A stretch of 64,000 nt of DNA from a virus. Below, one piece after another: positions 48,616 to 59,183 of this stretch. Each line of letters begins with the position of its first letter. The stretch's first letter is position 1. The notes under the pieces were generated by a model. The model saw only the letters and a list, made by a program, of their open reading frames with translations, was not told where the DNA came from and ran no database searches. Location: positions 51,004 through 115,003 of the IMG/VR virus record IMGVR_UViG_3300028198_000256, one strand, 5' to 3'. The position numbers and the translations under genes were made by a program.

Positions 48616-49284
48616 TTATACCTCGTTGTGTCTATATAATATCATCATACTACCATAAGTATCATCCTGAATCACAACATTCTTTTTTGGATTACTTTTA
48701 ATATACTTTCTAACATCCTTAGCCTCTTCAGATGACATATAATTCTTCCATCTCGCATACTTCTTCTTACCTTTCATCAATTTTACATATGTGTTAAATG
48801 TTACAGGATATACTGAAAACCCACCAAATTTAGATGGTGGAGTTTTTCCCAAACCCGCAAAATTACTAATCTCCCCACCCGAACTCATAGGTCCAATAGA
48901 ATTTGCGAATTCCTCAGTTAACAATAACTCATCAACCTTCTTAAATTCTATAGAATTTACATATTCAATTAAACATAATTTCAATATACGTGATGTGTTT
49001 TCATCAAACTCACTTTCTCTAATTAACGCAAATGCCGCAACATAAGAAGCAATTTGACTTTTACCACCAGGTACTTTACCAAGTAATCGTTTTAAATTAA
49101 AAATCAACCTATGCAATAAAGTATAAGAATCCTTCTCAGATTTTTTATCTAAATCTTTAGACTTCCTAAGAGCAACACCATTCTTATCAATAATACCATA
49201 TTTAAAAGCATCTTGTTTATGCCAAGGTCTAGTCAATATTCTTAAAAATCTATAAGAAATAAACCCATCTATAACTGCCGTCAT
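48616..49284 (-). CDS. Conserved T4-like phage protein
   Basis: YRFLRIL..PW...DAFKYGIID, LHRLIFNLKR. Confidence 0.7.
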   Translation of the reverse strand: MTAVIDGFISYRFLRILTRPWHKQDAFKYGIIDKNGVALRKSKDLDKKSEKDSYTLLHRLIFNLKRLLGKVPGGKSQIASYVAAFALIRESEFDENTSRILKLCLIEYVNSIEFKKVDELLLTEEFANSIGPMSSGGEISNFAGLGKTPPSKFGGFSVYPVTFNTYVKLMKGKKKYARWKNYMSSEEAKDVRKYIKSNPKKNVVIQDDTYGSMMILYRHNEV

Positions 49285-49673
49285 TACAACTCCCTTAAAA
49301 TTAAAAAAATATCTCTATCAATATCAATTGAAATGATATCTACATCAACAGACCCAATACCATATACCTTGTTAGGTAATCTATCCATAAATAATAAAAA
49401 TGTTTTTAATATATAATAATATTCTACATCAATTTTAAAAAATAATAATCTAGTACAAGATTCAGATTCTAATATATTATATAACACTATTAAATGATTT
49501 AATATCAATCTTTCTTTTAAAATATCTCTAACATGATATCGATAAAATAATCGTTTGATATATTCAAATCGTTTCATATCATCACTAAACTCGTCCATAG
49601 TACAACAACTATAATTCATATACGACTTCATCTGATACATAACTACATTCTTACTTGTCAAAACTTCAAACAT
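49284..49673 (-). CDS. Conserved T4-like phage protein
   Basis: EF.DDMKRFEYIKRL, ERLILNHLI. Confidence 0.7.
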   Translation of the reverse strand: MFEVLTSKNVVMYQMKSYMNYSCCTMDEFSDDMKRFEYIKRLFYRYHVRDILKERLILNHLIVLYNILESESCTRLLFFKIDVEYYYILKTFLLFMDRLPNKVYGIGSVDVDIISIDIDRDIFLILREL

Positions 49674-49688
49674 GATATTAACTAAAAC

Positions 49689-49895
49689 CTACTTATCTGA
49701 TACATTCTTCTTTTTCTTAGCAGATTTGGGTTTCTTAACAACTTTAGGTTTCTCTTCAACAACTTCAACAACTTCATCAACCACTAAACCGCGTCTTGCA
49801 ACCAATAATTCCTTAGTTCTTGGATGTCTCCAACCTTGAGGACTAGCTACCGCATCTTTGGCCCATCTTGGTGGCATTTGTTTTTCTACCGACAT
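49689..49895 (-). CDS. Small basic phage protein
   Basis: PPRWAKDAV..GW.HP.TKELLV; Lys-rich tail. Confidence 0.6.
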   Translation of the reverse strand: MSVEKQMPPRWAKDAVASPQGWRHPRTKELLVARRGLVVDEVVEVVEEKPKVVKKPKSAKKKKNVSDK

Positions 49896-50680
49896 ATCTT
49901 TTCTCCTATTTTATCTAATTCATTTAAGTTTTTTACCTTTGTAGACAATTCCACAAGATAACTATTATATTTATATAATTCCTCTGATATAATAAATTTA
50001 TACAATTCATCCGGAGTCTGTTCAATAACACTATAACTATCTAAACAATCAAAGTACTCAGACAACATCAAACTATCATTTGCAATAAAATCATATATAT
50101 CTTCACTGATTCCCATACCACTACGCACATCATTCATTAATGATTCTCCACCCTTAAATGATGTGGGAAGTCCTTTTTTAAAATTGTCATAATCATTTGC
50201 GGCTGCAGCCAATCGCATTTTTGATGCTGACATCCCAACCACTCCCTCTGCATCTGGATCACGTCTACCAGCAGATTTAACAGTAATAGTATTAAAATTA
50301 TAATACCCATGTCTAGCCTTAACATCATTATACTTTTTCATTAATAATTCGAACTCATTAACCCTATCAGCACCAACCACCATAGTAACGTTTTTATATC
50401 CACCTTTATAAATATGAACTAATATATCAAAAACATTATTTATATTTTTATCAGTCATTATATTTGAAGAATGTTTTGGAAACATCCGTTTCACATATTT
50501 CAACTTGTCAGAAAAGGTTAATGGGTTTTTCTTAGAATCATGACTCTTTGATAAATACATTCTATATTCGCCAGTAGACACAGAAGATAATGCATCTAAT
50601 AATTTACCATGACCTGTTGTTGGTGGATTCAATCTACCAAATGAAAAAGTAATTTCTTTATCCATTATCTCTATCCCCAC
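49886..50680 (-). CDS. Cytidylyltransferase-like (HxGH nucleotidyltransferase) protein
   Basis: FGRLNPPTTGH, VVGADR, SAGRRDPD, MSASKMR. Confidence 0.8.
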   Translation of the reverse strand: MGIEIMDKEITFSFGRLNPPTTGHGKLLDALSSVSTGEYRMYLSKSHDSKKNPLTFSDKLKYVKRMFPKHSSNIMTDKNINNVFDILVHIYKGGYKNVTMVVGADRVNEFELLMKKYNDVKARHGYYNFNTITVKSAGRRDPDAEGVVGMSASKMRLAAAANDYDNFKKGLPTSFKGGESLMNDVRSGMGISEDIYDFIANDSLMLSEYFDCLDSYSVIEQTPDELYKFIISEELYKYNSYLVELSTKVKNLNELDKIGEKICR

Positions 50681-51077
50681 CAGTTAATAACAAAATCTCA
50701 TCAATCTGTTTTTTTATTATCACTTCACGATTTGGCCAATAAATATAATCTTTATCATCATTCTTCATTAAATTATATAATAATGGCATAATCATACGCT
50801 CAACTTTCAACAATTTATCCTCGACAACTTCTTTACTTATATCAATACTACTGGATTTATCTTCGTAAAGTTGTTTTGTAGATAATAACTCACGCAATAC
50901 ATCATTTTGTTTCTCCAAAAAAACATCCATCTTCTCTAATACATGTTTTACTTCCACATTAGTAGTATCTATCTTTTTTGAAACCTCGTCATTTGTTGAT
51001 TTTATACTAACTAATTCTTCTTCGTCTACTGCCGTAAATCCAAAATCTATCTCGTCGTATTTATATTCATTAACCAT
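50658..51077 (-). CDS. Conserved T4-like phage protein
   Basis: DFGFTAVDE, PLL.NL, YIYWPNR. Confidence 0.7.
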   Translation of the reverse strand: MVNEYKYDEIDFGFTAVDEEELVSIKSTNDEVSKKIDTTNVEVKHVLEKMDVFLEKQNDVLRELLSTKQLYEDKSSSIDISKEVVEDKLLKVERMIMPLLYNLMKNDDKDYIYWPNREVIIKKQIDEILLLTGGDRDNG

Positions 51078-51085
51078 CTTAATTC

Positions 51086-51397
51086 CTACTTATTAAATAT
51101 ATATTTATCTTTTTCAACATATAGTTCTTCCATAAGTCCATCTACAATAATTTCCACATTCTCAATATTACTAGATTCTATAGTTTCAGACCTACAAGTA
51201 AACCATCGTTTTAATTCATATAATATCAGACGTTCTATATACAGAACGTCCTTTTTTTCAATGTCAAGTTCATAAATTTTATAATAACTCAAAGTTGGAT
51301 CACTCGTTCTATAAGACTTAATACGTTGATCTGTATTCTTAGTGATGCCAACCTTGATTCTGTTATCATGTATTTTTATTATATAATAATAATACAT
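51086..51397 (-). CDS. GIY-YIG/T5orf172-like protein
   Basis: YII...KVGITKN..QRIKSY.TSDP. Confidence 0.65.
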   Translation of the reverse strand: MYYYYIIKIHDNRIKVGITKNTDQRIKSYRTSDPTLSYYKIYELDIEKKDVLYIERLILYELKRWFTCRSETIESSNIENVEIIVDGLMEELYVEKDKYIFNK

Positions 51398-51831
51398 TAC
51401 TCCAATGGACTTTCAATACGACTTTCAAGAAACATCTTGCGATTACGTTGTAACATATTCCACTTTTCATCCATTTCCATCTTCGACCCACCATCATATG
51501 GCACAGCAAATCCTTCCATAACAAGAGTATCATTAATACTTCTATCATCAGATTCTGTTATAAACAACTCACCTAGTACTCTACCATACTTACCAACACC
51601 ATGAGATTTTATAATAAACTCACCATCATTCTCATCTATTATCTCATATAAACGATGTTTGGCTGCTATCCCCAATTCCTTTTCTTCAAGAAACTTCGTC
51701 CTTGACTCTGCCGTATCAATAAACATTAATCTAATTCGTTTTGTAACTGATACATCAAATCCCAAATCAATATAAGCATCTAATGTATCACCGTCAACAA
51801 TACGTTTTAAAATGGCATTATACGTATACAC
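51397..51831 (-). CDS. Thermonuclease (SNase) family protein
   Basis: RIVDGDT, RIRLMFIDTAES, GKYGRVLG. Confidence 0.85.
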   Translation of the reverse strand: MYTYNAILKRIVDGDTLDAYIDLGFDVSVTKRIRLMFIDTAESRTKFLEEKELGIAAKHRLYEIIDENDGEFIIKSHGVGKYGRVLGELFITESDDRSINDTLVMEGFAVPYDGGSKMEMDEKWNMLQRNRKMFLESRIESPLE

Positions 51832-52568
51832 TATTCTTCCTCATCATCTGTGTCAGTTCCATCAACACTACCATCCAAATAATGCATATACGTACCAATA
51901 ATATATTTATCATTAGATTTTGGAACATCACCTACATGTGGGTGTGTCCAAAATGGAGGAAATATTACAATAGTACCTTTCTTGGGTTTAATATTAATAC
52001 CATATTCAGGAAATATAGTTTCACCACCTTCCTCAACATCATTTAAATATAAAAATATAACCAAAAACCTTCTTGCAGATGGGTGATCACCAACATCCAC
52101 ATGATAATTGAAAAAATCTTCCTTTTCTGTACTATATTTTTTAATTCTAATCTCTTCGCAAGCAGCATTTCTAGGGAAAAATGATATATTATAAAATCTG
52201 CGATAACTCTCAATATAATCATATATCATTGTCATAAACTCGTATGAAAGTTTAGATGGTTCGGTGGTTGGTTTCTTTCCATCAATCAACTCATTATCAA
52301 ATAAATTCAACTCTGTAAATTGACGATATTCAGGATGTGCAGTATGTGTATGATCATCCTCATTTTCATCGAAAAACTTCACAACCTTATCACACCATTC
52401 CTCTGATATTGCACTTTCCCATGTTGAAACAAAAGCAGAATTAGTGGTTGGTTCAATAACCACAAAATCGTCAGTTGATTCCGTTTCTTCACTTTCCACA
52501 TTTACACTTTCGTTATTAACTTCAACATCACTCAATTCAACAGTTCCTACTACTTCTTCTTTACTCAT
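51831..52568 (-). CDS. 2OG-Fe(II) oxygenase
   Basis: HVD, YLNDVEEGGET, FPPFWTHPH, KY. Confidence 0.85.
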   Translation of the reverse strand: MSKEEVVGTVELSDVEVNNESVNVESEETESTDDFVVIEPTTNSAFVSTWESAISEEWCDKVVKFFDENEDDHTHTAHPEYRQFTELNLFDNELIDGKKPTTEPSKLSYEFMTMIYDYIESYRRFYNISFFPRNAACEEIRIKKYSTEKEDFFNYHVDVGDHPSARRFLVIFLYLNDVEEGGETIFPEYGINIKPKKGTIVIFPPFWTHPHVGDVPKSNDKYIIGTYMHYLDGSVDGTDTDDEEE

Positions 52569-53947
52569 AATACTATCTCCACATTTCCAATACGTTTATT
52601 ATTCCCGACACCAGTATAATTCTGACCGCCAGATTCGTTTGATATATTTGATTGTGCCGAATCCGACACATCATATAATCTCATCTTTGACTTATCAACC
52701 CCAACCACAAATCTCTTAGTCATATTTGGATCATTATATCTATTCTTTAATTGTTTAATCATAATTTGATTTAAATCATCCATTTCTTCTGAAGATATTA
52801 ACGCGAACATCAAATCCGCAGTAGCTGGTAAACCAAAACTTTCTGAAGTATCTTCCAATCCAAAATCAGAAGATACAAACCCCTGTCTGTTCACTTGAGT
52901 TGCACTAACCAATGGAACATTATATTCAACGGCAAGTCCACGTAATTCCTCAGCTATAGATTTTACATATGTATATGAATTTACATTACTCCCACCCTTT
53001 AATCTAGATGAAGTACATATATTCAGATAATCTATAAAAATAACATCAGGTTTAAATGAAATCTTTAACCACAACTCATTCAATAAATGTTTGAAATGAT
53101 TCGTGGATGCAGAAGCGGTTGGATACTCCTTAATTATCAACTTTCCAGTTATTTTTGATTTTGCCCTATCAATTCTTTTTGTATATATATCTAAAGGTAA
53201 CTCTGACAACTTCTGTATAGGTGTATCAAGTAAATTAGCATCAATACGTTCTGCAATCTTTTCTTCTGACATCTCTAATGTAATATACAAAACATTAAAC
53301 CCACTACATATATGACTTGCGGCAAGATCACACATAAATAAAGATTTCCCAACACCAGTACCAGCCATTGCAATATTTAAAGTCTTTCTAGAAAGACCAC
53401 CTTTAGTTATCTTATTGAACTTATCAATACCAAATGGTATTTTTTCTTCAACTCGATGATAAAATTCCCACCTCTCTTTATAATCATTAACAAAATCATG
53501 TCCAACATTATTATCAAAAGATACAGCAAGAGCCTCAGTCAATATCTTTGGTATCTCCCCTTTATCTTTAGTTCCTTTATCATCATCAATTATACCAATA
53601 GATTCTAAAATACCATTATATAATGCCCTTTCCTTACACCATTCCTCAGTAGTATCTAACAAATATTCTAAATCTTCTTTAACACAATCACCTAATACAT
53701 CTATAACATCCTTTGTAGATGTATAAAGAGATTCGACACCATCCATAGAATCAATTCCTATATATAATGAATTTAAACTTGGACGATTATTATATTTTAC
53801 AATATACTCATCAACCATGTTATATATTAATTTATATCTATCATCACTAAAATATTCACTTTCTATATATGGTATTACTTTCCTACAATATTCATCATTA
53901 TTTATCAGATTCTTCAATATTGTCAATTCCGTCAGACTCATCTTCAC
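52565..53947 (-). CDS. 41: Replicative helicase (T4 gp41)
   Basis: AGTGVGKS, ITLEMSEE, IKEYPT, IDYLNI, SESFGLPATAD, KQLKNRY. Confidence 0.95.
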   Translation of the reverse strand: MKMSLTELTILKNLINNDEYCRKVIPYIESEYFSDDRYKLIYNMVDEYIVKYNNRPSLNSLYIGIDSMDGVESLYTSTKDVIDVLGDCVKEDLEYLLDTTEEWCKERALYNGILESIGIIDDDKGTKDKGEIPKILTEALAVSFDNNVGHDFVNDYKERWEFYHRVEEKIPFGIDKFNKITKGGLSRKTLNIAMAGTGVGKSLFMCDLAASHICSGFNVLYITLEMSEEKIAERIDANLLDTPIQKLSELPLDIYTKRIDRAKSKITGKLIIKEYPTASASTNHFKHLLNELWLKISFKPDVIFIDYLNICTSSRLKGGSNVNSYTYVKSIAEELRGLAVEYNVPLVSATQVNRQGFVSSDFGLEDTSESFGLPATADLMFALISSEEMDDLNQIMIKQLKNRYNDPNMTKRFVVGVDKSKMRLYDVSDSAQSNISNESGGQNYTGVGNNKRIGNVEIVL

Positions 53948-54296
53948 TCTCTTTATTGTCTAAATATTCATATAATAAAAAATTCAAAATCTTACCAACA
54001 ACTATTTTAAATTCGTCAGATTCATCTAATTGTTCTATGGTATATTCCGAATTACCAACCAACACATTATATTCAAATTGTATATTTAATCTATCCTCAG
54101 TTTCTTCGGGTTCAATACTACCATATTTATAAACAACATCTACATATTCCCCCTTAGAAAGTTTAACAGCATAATAATCAAAATTATCGTTTTCTACAAC
54201 TTCAAATAATTCTTTAAATTCATTTACTACGTCATCAGATAACATAACATTAGCACATTCACTCAATCGTTCATCCATATCACACCCCTCAATCAT
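53898..54296 (-). CDS. gp40-like head vertex assembly chaperone
   Basis: Syntenic position between uvsX and 41; YKYGSI...FEY pattern. Confidence 0.6.
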   Translation of the reverse strand: MIEGCDMDERLSECANVMLSDDVVNEFKELFEVVENDNFDYYAVKLSKGEYVDVVYKYGSIEPEETEDRLNIQFEYNVLVGNSEYTIEQLDESDEFKIVVGKILNFLLYEYLDNKESEDESDGIDNIEESDK

Positions 54297-55347
54297 TAAA
54301 CAGATAATCAGTATCTGTAATAAGTTTTTTATTACTAGAAATACAATATTTATTACTTAAAAATGTTAAAAATTTATCAGATTGTAATATAGGTTTCCAA
54401 AATTCTATATTATTCGTAGTAGCCCCCCTAAACTTTTTATCTACAATCTCACCAGTTTCTAAATCAATAAGATTATACCAACCACCGGATCTCTTTATTA
54501 TACCACAATCCACCGCCATGTCAAGTAACCCAGACCATCTATCCAATCCATCCTCAAAGGAAACATTTATAGGTATCTTCGATTTCTCTTTAACATACCT
54601 AGATTTCTCTATATTAATTATAAAATTATAACCCGTCAGATCAGAACCAGTTTTATCTTGTTGTCTACCAACAATCCATATATTATCGGAAGAATAATAT
54701 GCACCCTTACCACCAGACACCACTTGTTTTGAAAACATTTCTTGTGTGTCATACGTATGATTAATAACAATCATTGGAATGTCATTTAATGTAAGATGTG
54801 GTGTAACCATCCTAAATAATGACTTGAATTGTTTTGCCCTTGTCATATCAGCAGCACTCTTCTCTGCATGGGCATCATCTACCTCTTTTTTCGATGCTAA
54901 ATTACCAACAGAATCTATCATAATAAATATTCTATCATCACGACTGATTTCCTTCACTTGTTTCATAATATCAAATTTAAGTTCCTCTAAATCTGTAACA
55001 GGAACATGCAACACTCTACTCGTATCAATCTCAAATGTATCAAAATATGATTGCGGTGTACCAAATTCGCTGTCATAAAATATACATATAGACTCTTCAT
55101 ACTTATCCATATAAGATTTCATACATAATAAACCAAATGCCGTCTTAAAATGTTTTGATGGTCCAGCAATCATAGTTAACCCAGAACTAAATCCACCAAA
55201 AGGACTTCCAGAAAAAGCAATATTAATAGCAGGAACTTTAGTAGTCACCACATCATTGTTATTCAAATAAATAGAATCTTGCAATACAGAAATTCTATCC
55301 TGCAACGTGGAATTCTTCCTCATTCTTTCCATTAAACCCATACACAA
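54289..55347 (-). CDS. uvsX: RecA-like recombinase UvsX
   Basis: AGPSKHFKT, YDSEFG, DSVGNLAS, ADMTRAK, NHTY. Confidence 0.95.
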   Translation of the reverse strand: MCMGLMERMRKNSTLQDRISVLQDSIYLNNNDVVTTKVPAINIAFSGSPFGGFSSGLTMIAGPSKHFKTAFGLLCMKSYMDKYEESICIFYDSEFGTPQSYFDTFEIDTSRVLHVPVTDLEELKFDIMKQVKEISRDDRIFIMIDSVGNLASKKEVDDAHAEKSAADMTRAKQFKSLFRMVTPHLTLNDIPMIVINHTYDTQEMFSKQVVSGGKGAYYSSDNIWIVGRQQDKTGSDLTGYNFIINIEKSRYVKEKSKIPINVSFEDGLDRWSGLLDMAVDCGIIKRSGGWYNLIDLETGEIVDKKFRGATTNNIEFWKPILQSDKFLTFLSNKYCISSNKKLITDTDYLFND

Positions 55348-55353
55348 TCTCCT

Positions 55354-57870
55354 TTATAAAAAATCATCTAAAACATTCCTACGTTCTACTGACCACCCTA
55401 TAGCATCCGTTATAGTTTTAATTGGATCTAAAAACGTTTTAATAAACTGAAGTTCATAATTGATATACGTATCTAATTTAAATTCTGGTGGCAACACATC
55501 CAACATGGATATGGTGTTATTATGAATAGGATTTGGTTCAGATAAATAACAAAATTTTATCTTATCCCCAGATTTTATTTCTTGATATTTACCAACCAAA
55601 CCAAGTTCTTTCAATAAATGATTATAAAATAAAGCACCCTTTACATGTATAGGAGTACCCTTTATATAAACATCTCTAGAATTATAATACTTATTAATAG
55701 CATTAATACCGCGTGGAAATGATATATCCACTATATTCATTTTTTTAAATTGTTCTTTGAATTCGTCAATAAACTCTATTAACTCATCATTGGTGTTAGA
55801 AAGAATTATTTTTAAAGATTCTTTGATTTTATCTCTGCAACATTCAGGTGTAGAACTTCTAACAGCCTCTATACCCATCATCTTTAATTTCGGAGTTGTA
55901 TATCTAACCCCCTCATCATCATATACATTTAATATATATCTCTTCTTTGCAGTCCATATACCAGCATCGGCAATAACTTCACGGGACATAACCATCTTAT
56001 TTTCATACCCATACATATAATTATACAAGTCTTTATATGCAGATTCTAACATTGGTTCAAACTTATCACCACATATCTTATCTAAAACATCAACCACTTT
56101 ATTTTTATTAGATGTATCCAATCCCAATTTAGTCACTAGCGGTTTAAAGTCAACATATAAAGAATCAGTATCAATTGCAATCACATAATCCTCAGAACCA
56201 ATACCCATTATCTTATTAAGATATTCATTCATATATTTCTCCGCCCACTTAATAGATAACTGACCAGACAAAGTAACACCCTCTGCAACTCGTAAATCAT
56301 AATATCTAAAATAAGGATTACCTAACGCACCATATAATGAATTCATCATAATCTTAATAGCTAATTGCTGATTATGTAATGAAGAAATCTGATTATCCAA
56401 CTTACCATGTTGAACACCCTCACGTTGTTTTTTGAGTTTAATCATATTCTTCTTAATAACACTTCGTTCAGAATATAATTTATCAATTACAGATGGTATT
56501 ACCCCAAGAACATCTGTCTTATAATGAGTGCCATTTGCCGCCATAGTAGATTCAGTAGAACCATACTGCCTATCAAAATCCATCATACTTAAACAACTAT
56601 CTACATCAACACCACTAGTAACTAACGGCAATATAGTTTCGGGTGACATATTATATTGTTGTAATAACATAGGATATAAACTATTCAAATCAAAAGATAC
56701 AATCCACTCATGTTTACCAATAAATGGGGTTTTAACATACCCACCAGCAAACGTACTCTTTATATTTTCTTTCTTTGGTGGAGGTACCATTTTTTGTGAT
56801 GATAAAAGCCGATAAATTAATGAATCCCATATTACAGTAGTACCAAACGCAGTTTCATAATTAACACCACCCTTATATGCAATATTAAAACACAGATCCA
56901 TCAATTGTAATTTAACATCCAACCTATCTACAATTTCAACATCTTTTATATTATAATCAATATATAATTGAAAATTGTTCGTGTATAAATCATGAAGATC
57001 AGTATATTCATGATATTGTAATTTACGATCACCAAGTTCGACATAAGCAACATGATCAAGTCTATATGACTCTAAATTTTTATATGTGAATTTACGATAT
57101 AAATCTATATAATCAATCTGTTGAATACCGTATATAACATAATATGGATGTTCCTTACCCATCTTTAATGTGGTTCTTTGACTAACCATATTCCATGGTG
57201 ATATCTTTTTCATAAAAGAGTCACTAAATAATCTAATACTACGATTAACTATATATGGTATGTCAAAAAACTTAATATTCCATCCAGTAATAACATCAGG
57301 AACATGTCCATCACTTGATAAAAATTTTATAAACTTACTTAATAAATCACCCTCATCATCACATTTAATATATTCTATATCTAAATGATCATGGATTGAA
57401 TCCTTCACCGAATATTCACCAAACCCAAACACATAGTATATATTTGAATTATCTTTAACTGTTATAGCTGTTATTGGGAATTTTGCTTGAGTCGGATCAG
57501 GAAACCCATCATCAGAATCAACTTCAATATCAATATTAGTTACATTAATTAAATCAGTATCAAATTCAATAACACCATCATGTTTATCATTAATATATTG
57601 TGATATATAATTACTCATACCATAAACATTAAAACTATCCACGTTCTCATATTTCTTCATAAACTCATGAGAATCTTTCATATTATCAAAAGATAGTTCT
57701 GATACAGATTCACCACTAATGGTTTTCCATGGACTATCAGAATTATTATTATTTGTAACATATAACGTGGGTTTATAATATTCTTTATATTTAACCACAT
57801 TACCACCATCATCGTATCCGCAATATAATATATTATTGCCCACTTTCTCAACAGATGTATAAAAACTCAT
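55354..57870 (-). CDS. 43: Family B DNA polymerase (T4 gp43)
   Basis: DIEV, GWNIKFFD, SFDLNSLYP, KIMMNSLYG, IDTDS, KKRY; ends NVLDDFL. Confidence 0.97.
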   Translation of the reverse strand: MSFYTSVEKVGNNILYCGYDDGGNVVKYKEYYKPTLYVTNNNNSDSPWKTISGESVSELSFDNMKDSHEFMKKYENVDSFNVYGMSNYISQYINDKHDGVIEFDTDLINVTNIDIEVDSDDGFPDPTQAKFPITAITVKDNSNIYYVFGFGEYSVKDSIHDHLDIEYIKCDDEGDLLSKFIKFLSSDGHVPDVITGWNIKFFDIPYIVNRSIRLFSDSFMKKISPWNMVSQRTTLKMGKEHPYYVIYGIQQIDYIDLYRKFTYKNLESYRLDHVAYVELGDRKLQYHEYTDLHDLYTNNFQLYIDYNIKDVEIVDRLDVKLQLMDLCFNIAYKGGVNYETAFGTTVIWDSLIYRLLSSQKMVPPPKKENIKSTFAGGYVKTPFIGKHEWIVSFDLNSLYPMLLQQYNMSPETILPLVTSGVDVDSCLSMMDFDRQYGSTESTMAANGTHYKTDVLGVIPSVIDKLYSERSVIKKNMIKLKKQREGVQHGKLDNQISSLHNQQLAIKIMMNSLYGALGNPYFRYYDLRVAEGVTLSGQLSIKWAEKYMNEYLNKIMGIGSEDYVIAIDTDSLYVDFKPLVTKLGLDTSNKNKVVDVLDKICGDKFEPMLESAYKDLYNYMYGYENKMVMSREVIADAGIWTAKKRYILNVYDDEGVRYTTPKLKMMGIEAVRSSTPECCRDKIKESLKIILSNTNDELIEFIDEFKEQFKKMNIVDISFPRGINAINKYYNSRDVYIKGTPIHVKGALFYNHLLKELGLVGKYQEIKSGDKIKFCYLSEPNPIHNNTISMLDVLPPEFKLDTYINYELQFIKTFLDPIKTITDAIGWSVERRNVLDDFL

Positions 57871-57892
57871 AATATACCTTATTTAAATTTAA

Positions 57893-58234
57893 TTATATTT
57901 TAACATACGCATTAGACCCGCCTTTAGGTTTAATTATATCTTTCTCACTAGGAACAATAATACCAACACCAAATATCTTATTATACTCATTCAATAAATC
58001 AACAACAGGATCAACAATAAACGCAACAAATGTCGCATCTACAACAATACTATCTTTTGCATTAGTATAAGGCATATATGGTGACAATCCAATCCTAGCA
58101 GTAGCTGTAGTTGGATCTGAATATGATGCAGCCAATTGACATATGTTTTTTAATTCATATGTACCTTTATTCTCTACAATTTCACCAATTAGTTCCTCCC
58201 CAGATATAAATCGTATAACTTTAATATTACTCAC
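57893..58234 (-). CDS. Conserved T4-like phage protein (Sm-like)
   Basis: KVIRFISGEELIG, LSPYMPY, YNKIFG.GII. Confidence 0.65.
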   Translation of the reverse strand: MSNIKVIRFISGEELIGEIVENKGTYELKNICQLAASYSDPTTATARIGLSPYMPYTNAKDSIVVDATFVAFIVDPVVDLLNEYNKIFGVGIIVPSEKDIIKPKGGSNAYVKI

Positions 58235-58478
58235 TATTTGTTTCTTCGTCTTTTTGTGCGAAATGCACTAACAAACTTTTTAATTTATTTTCAGCATCAC
58301 TCAATTTATGTAACCATGAATCCAACTCATCAGTGACGGATGGTTCAGTGAAAGTTTTATCCGAAACAACCGGATTATCAAACAAATTTTTAATATGTGC
58401 TATAGCATTATCCCTCTCATACTCATACTTACGTATCATAGTTCTCATAAACAAATTATTTACATAGTTATTACTCAT
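58227..58478 (-). CDS. Conserved phage hypothetical protein
   Basis: Co-oriented helical ORF. Confidence 0.6.
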   Translation of the reverse strand: MSNNYVNNLFMRTMIRKYEYERDNAIAHIKNLFDNPVVSDKTFTEPSVTDELDSWLHKLSDAENKLKSLLVHFAQKDEETNSE

Positions 58479-58499
58479 TATACTCTCCCATTAATTAAA

Positions 58500-58772
58500 T
58501 TAATCTTCCCAATCATAAGACTCACCTTCTTTAAGTCCATATTTTCTTGCCATCCTTCTGGCATGTTCACCAACATAATCACCCTCACCATATGTAGAAA
58601 CAATCCACTCTCTTTCTTCAAGAATCTCTTGTCTCCTTGTCTCACAAATACGTATCACTTCCCTAAGAATACTTCTTACTCGTATAGAAGCGGAATAATT
58701 ACTTTTTAAAAATTTGTCATTCTCCAACTTATATTCTTTAAGTAGAGAATCCAACTCATCTTCAACCTTCAT
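58500..58772 (-). CDS. Small helical protein, loosely Hc1-like
   Basis: ENDKF.K.N.SASIRVR..L.E...RRQEI pattern. Confidence 0.45.
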   Translation of the reverse strand: MKVEDELDSLLKEYKLENDKFLKSNYSASIRVRSILREVIRICETRRQEILEEREWIVSTYGEGDYVGEHARRMARKYGLKEGESYDWED

Positions 58773-58773
58773 A

Positions 58774-59166
58774 TTACTTTCGTTTACCTATATTATACTT
58801 TGGTATCAATTCCCATTCCTCTTTCTCTTTATATGGTATCACCTTTATTTGAGATATAGGTGCGTCAGGAAAAACATCAGATCTAACGACTTCTACTAAC
58901 CCCCACTCTTCTAATAACGAAACTATCTTATTTCGTCTACTTCTATCATTATCAGTAAAGTCTGAAGGTTTGCCATCTAATAAAAATAACTCCTTAAAAT
59001 GAACTATATAATACTTATCTTTTTTATGCAGAATATGACATGACTGAAATAATTTCTTTTCTCGTTTTGACGAAACCCCAATCCGTGTCAATGTTTCTAT
59101 TACTCTTAAAAAATCATCATCCTCTATCAAACTAACTTCAACTAAACTATCTACTACACTCATCAT
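58774..59166 (-). CDS. regA: Translational repressor RegA
   Basis: ETLTRIGV, LFQSCHILHK, YYIVHFKELF, WELIPKYNIG. Confidence 0.95.
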   Translation of the reverse strand: MMSVVDSLVEVSLIEDDDFLRVIETLTRIGVSSKREKKLFQSCHILHKKDKYYIVHFKELFLLDGKPSDFTDNDRSRRNKIVSLLEEWGLVEVVRSDVFPDAPISQIKVIPYKEKEEWELIPKYNIGKRK

Positions 59167-59183
59167 GTCCCTTTACTCCCAAT

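Noticed and set aside
34452-57870. Introns or inteins in nrdA, nrdB, helicase, uvsX or polymerase
   Set aside because: All are uninterrupted, of normal length, and lack intein terminal motifs.
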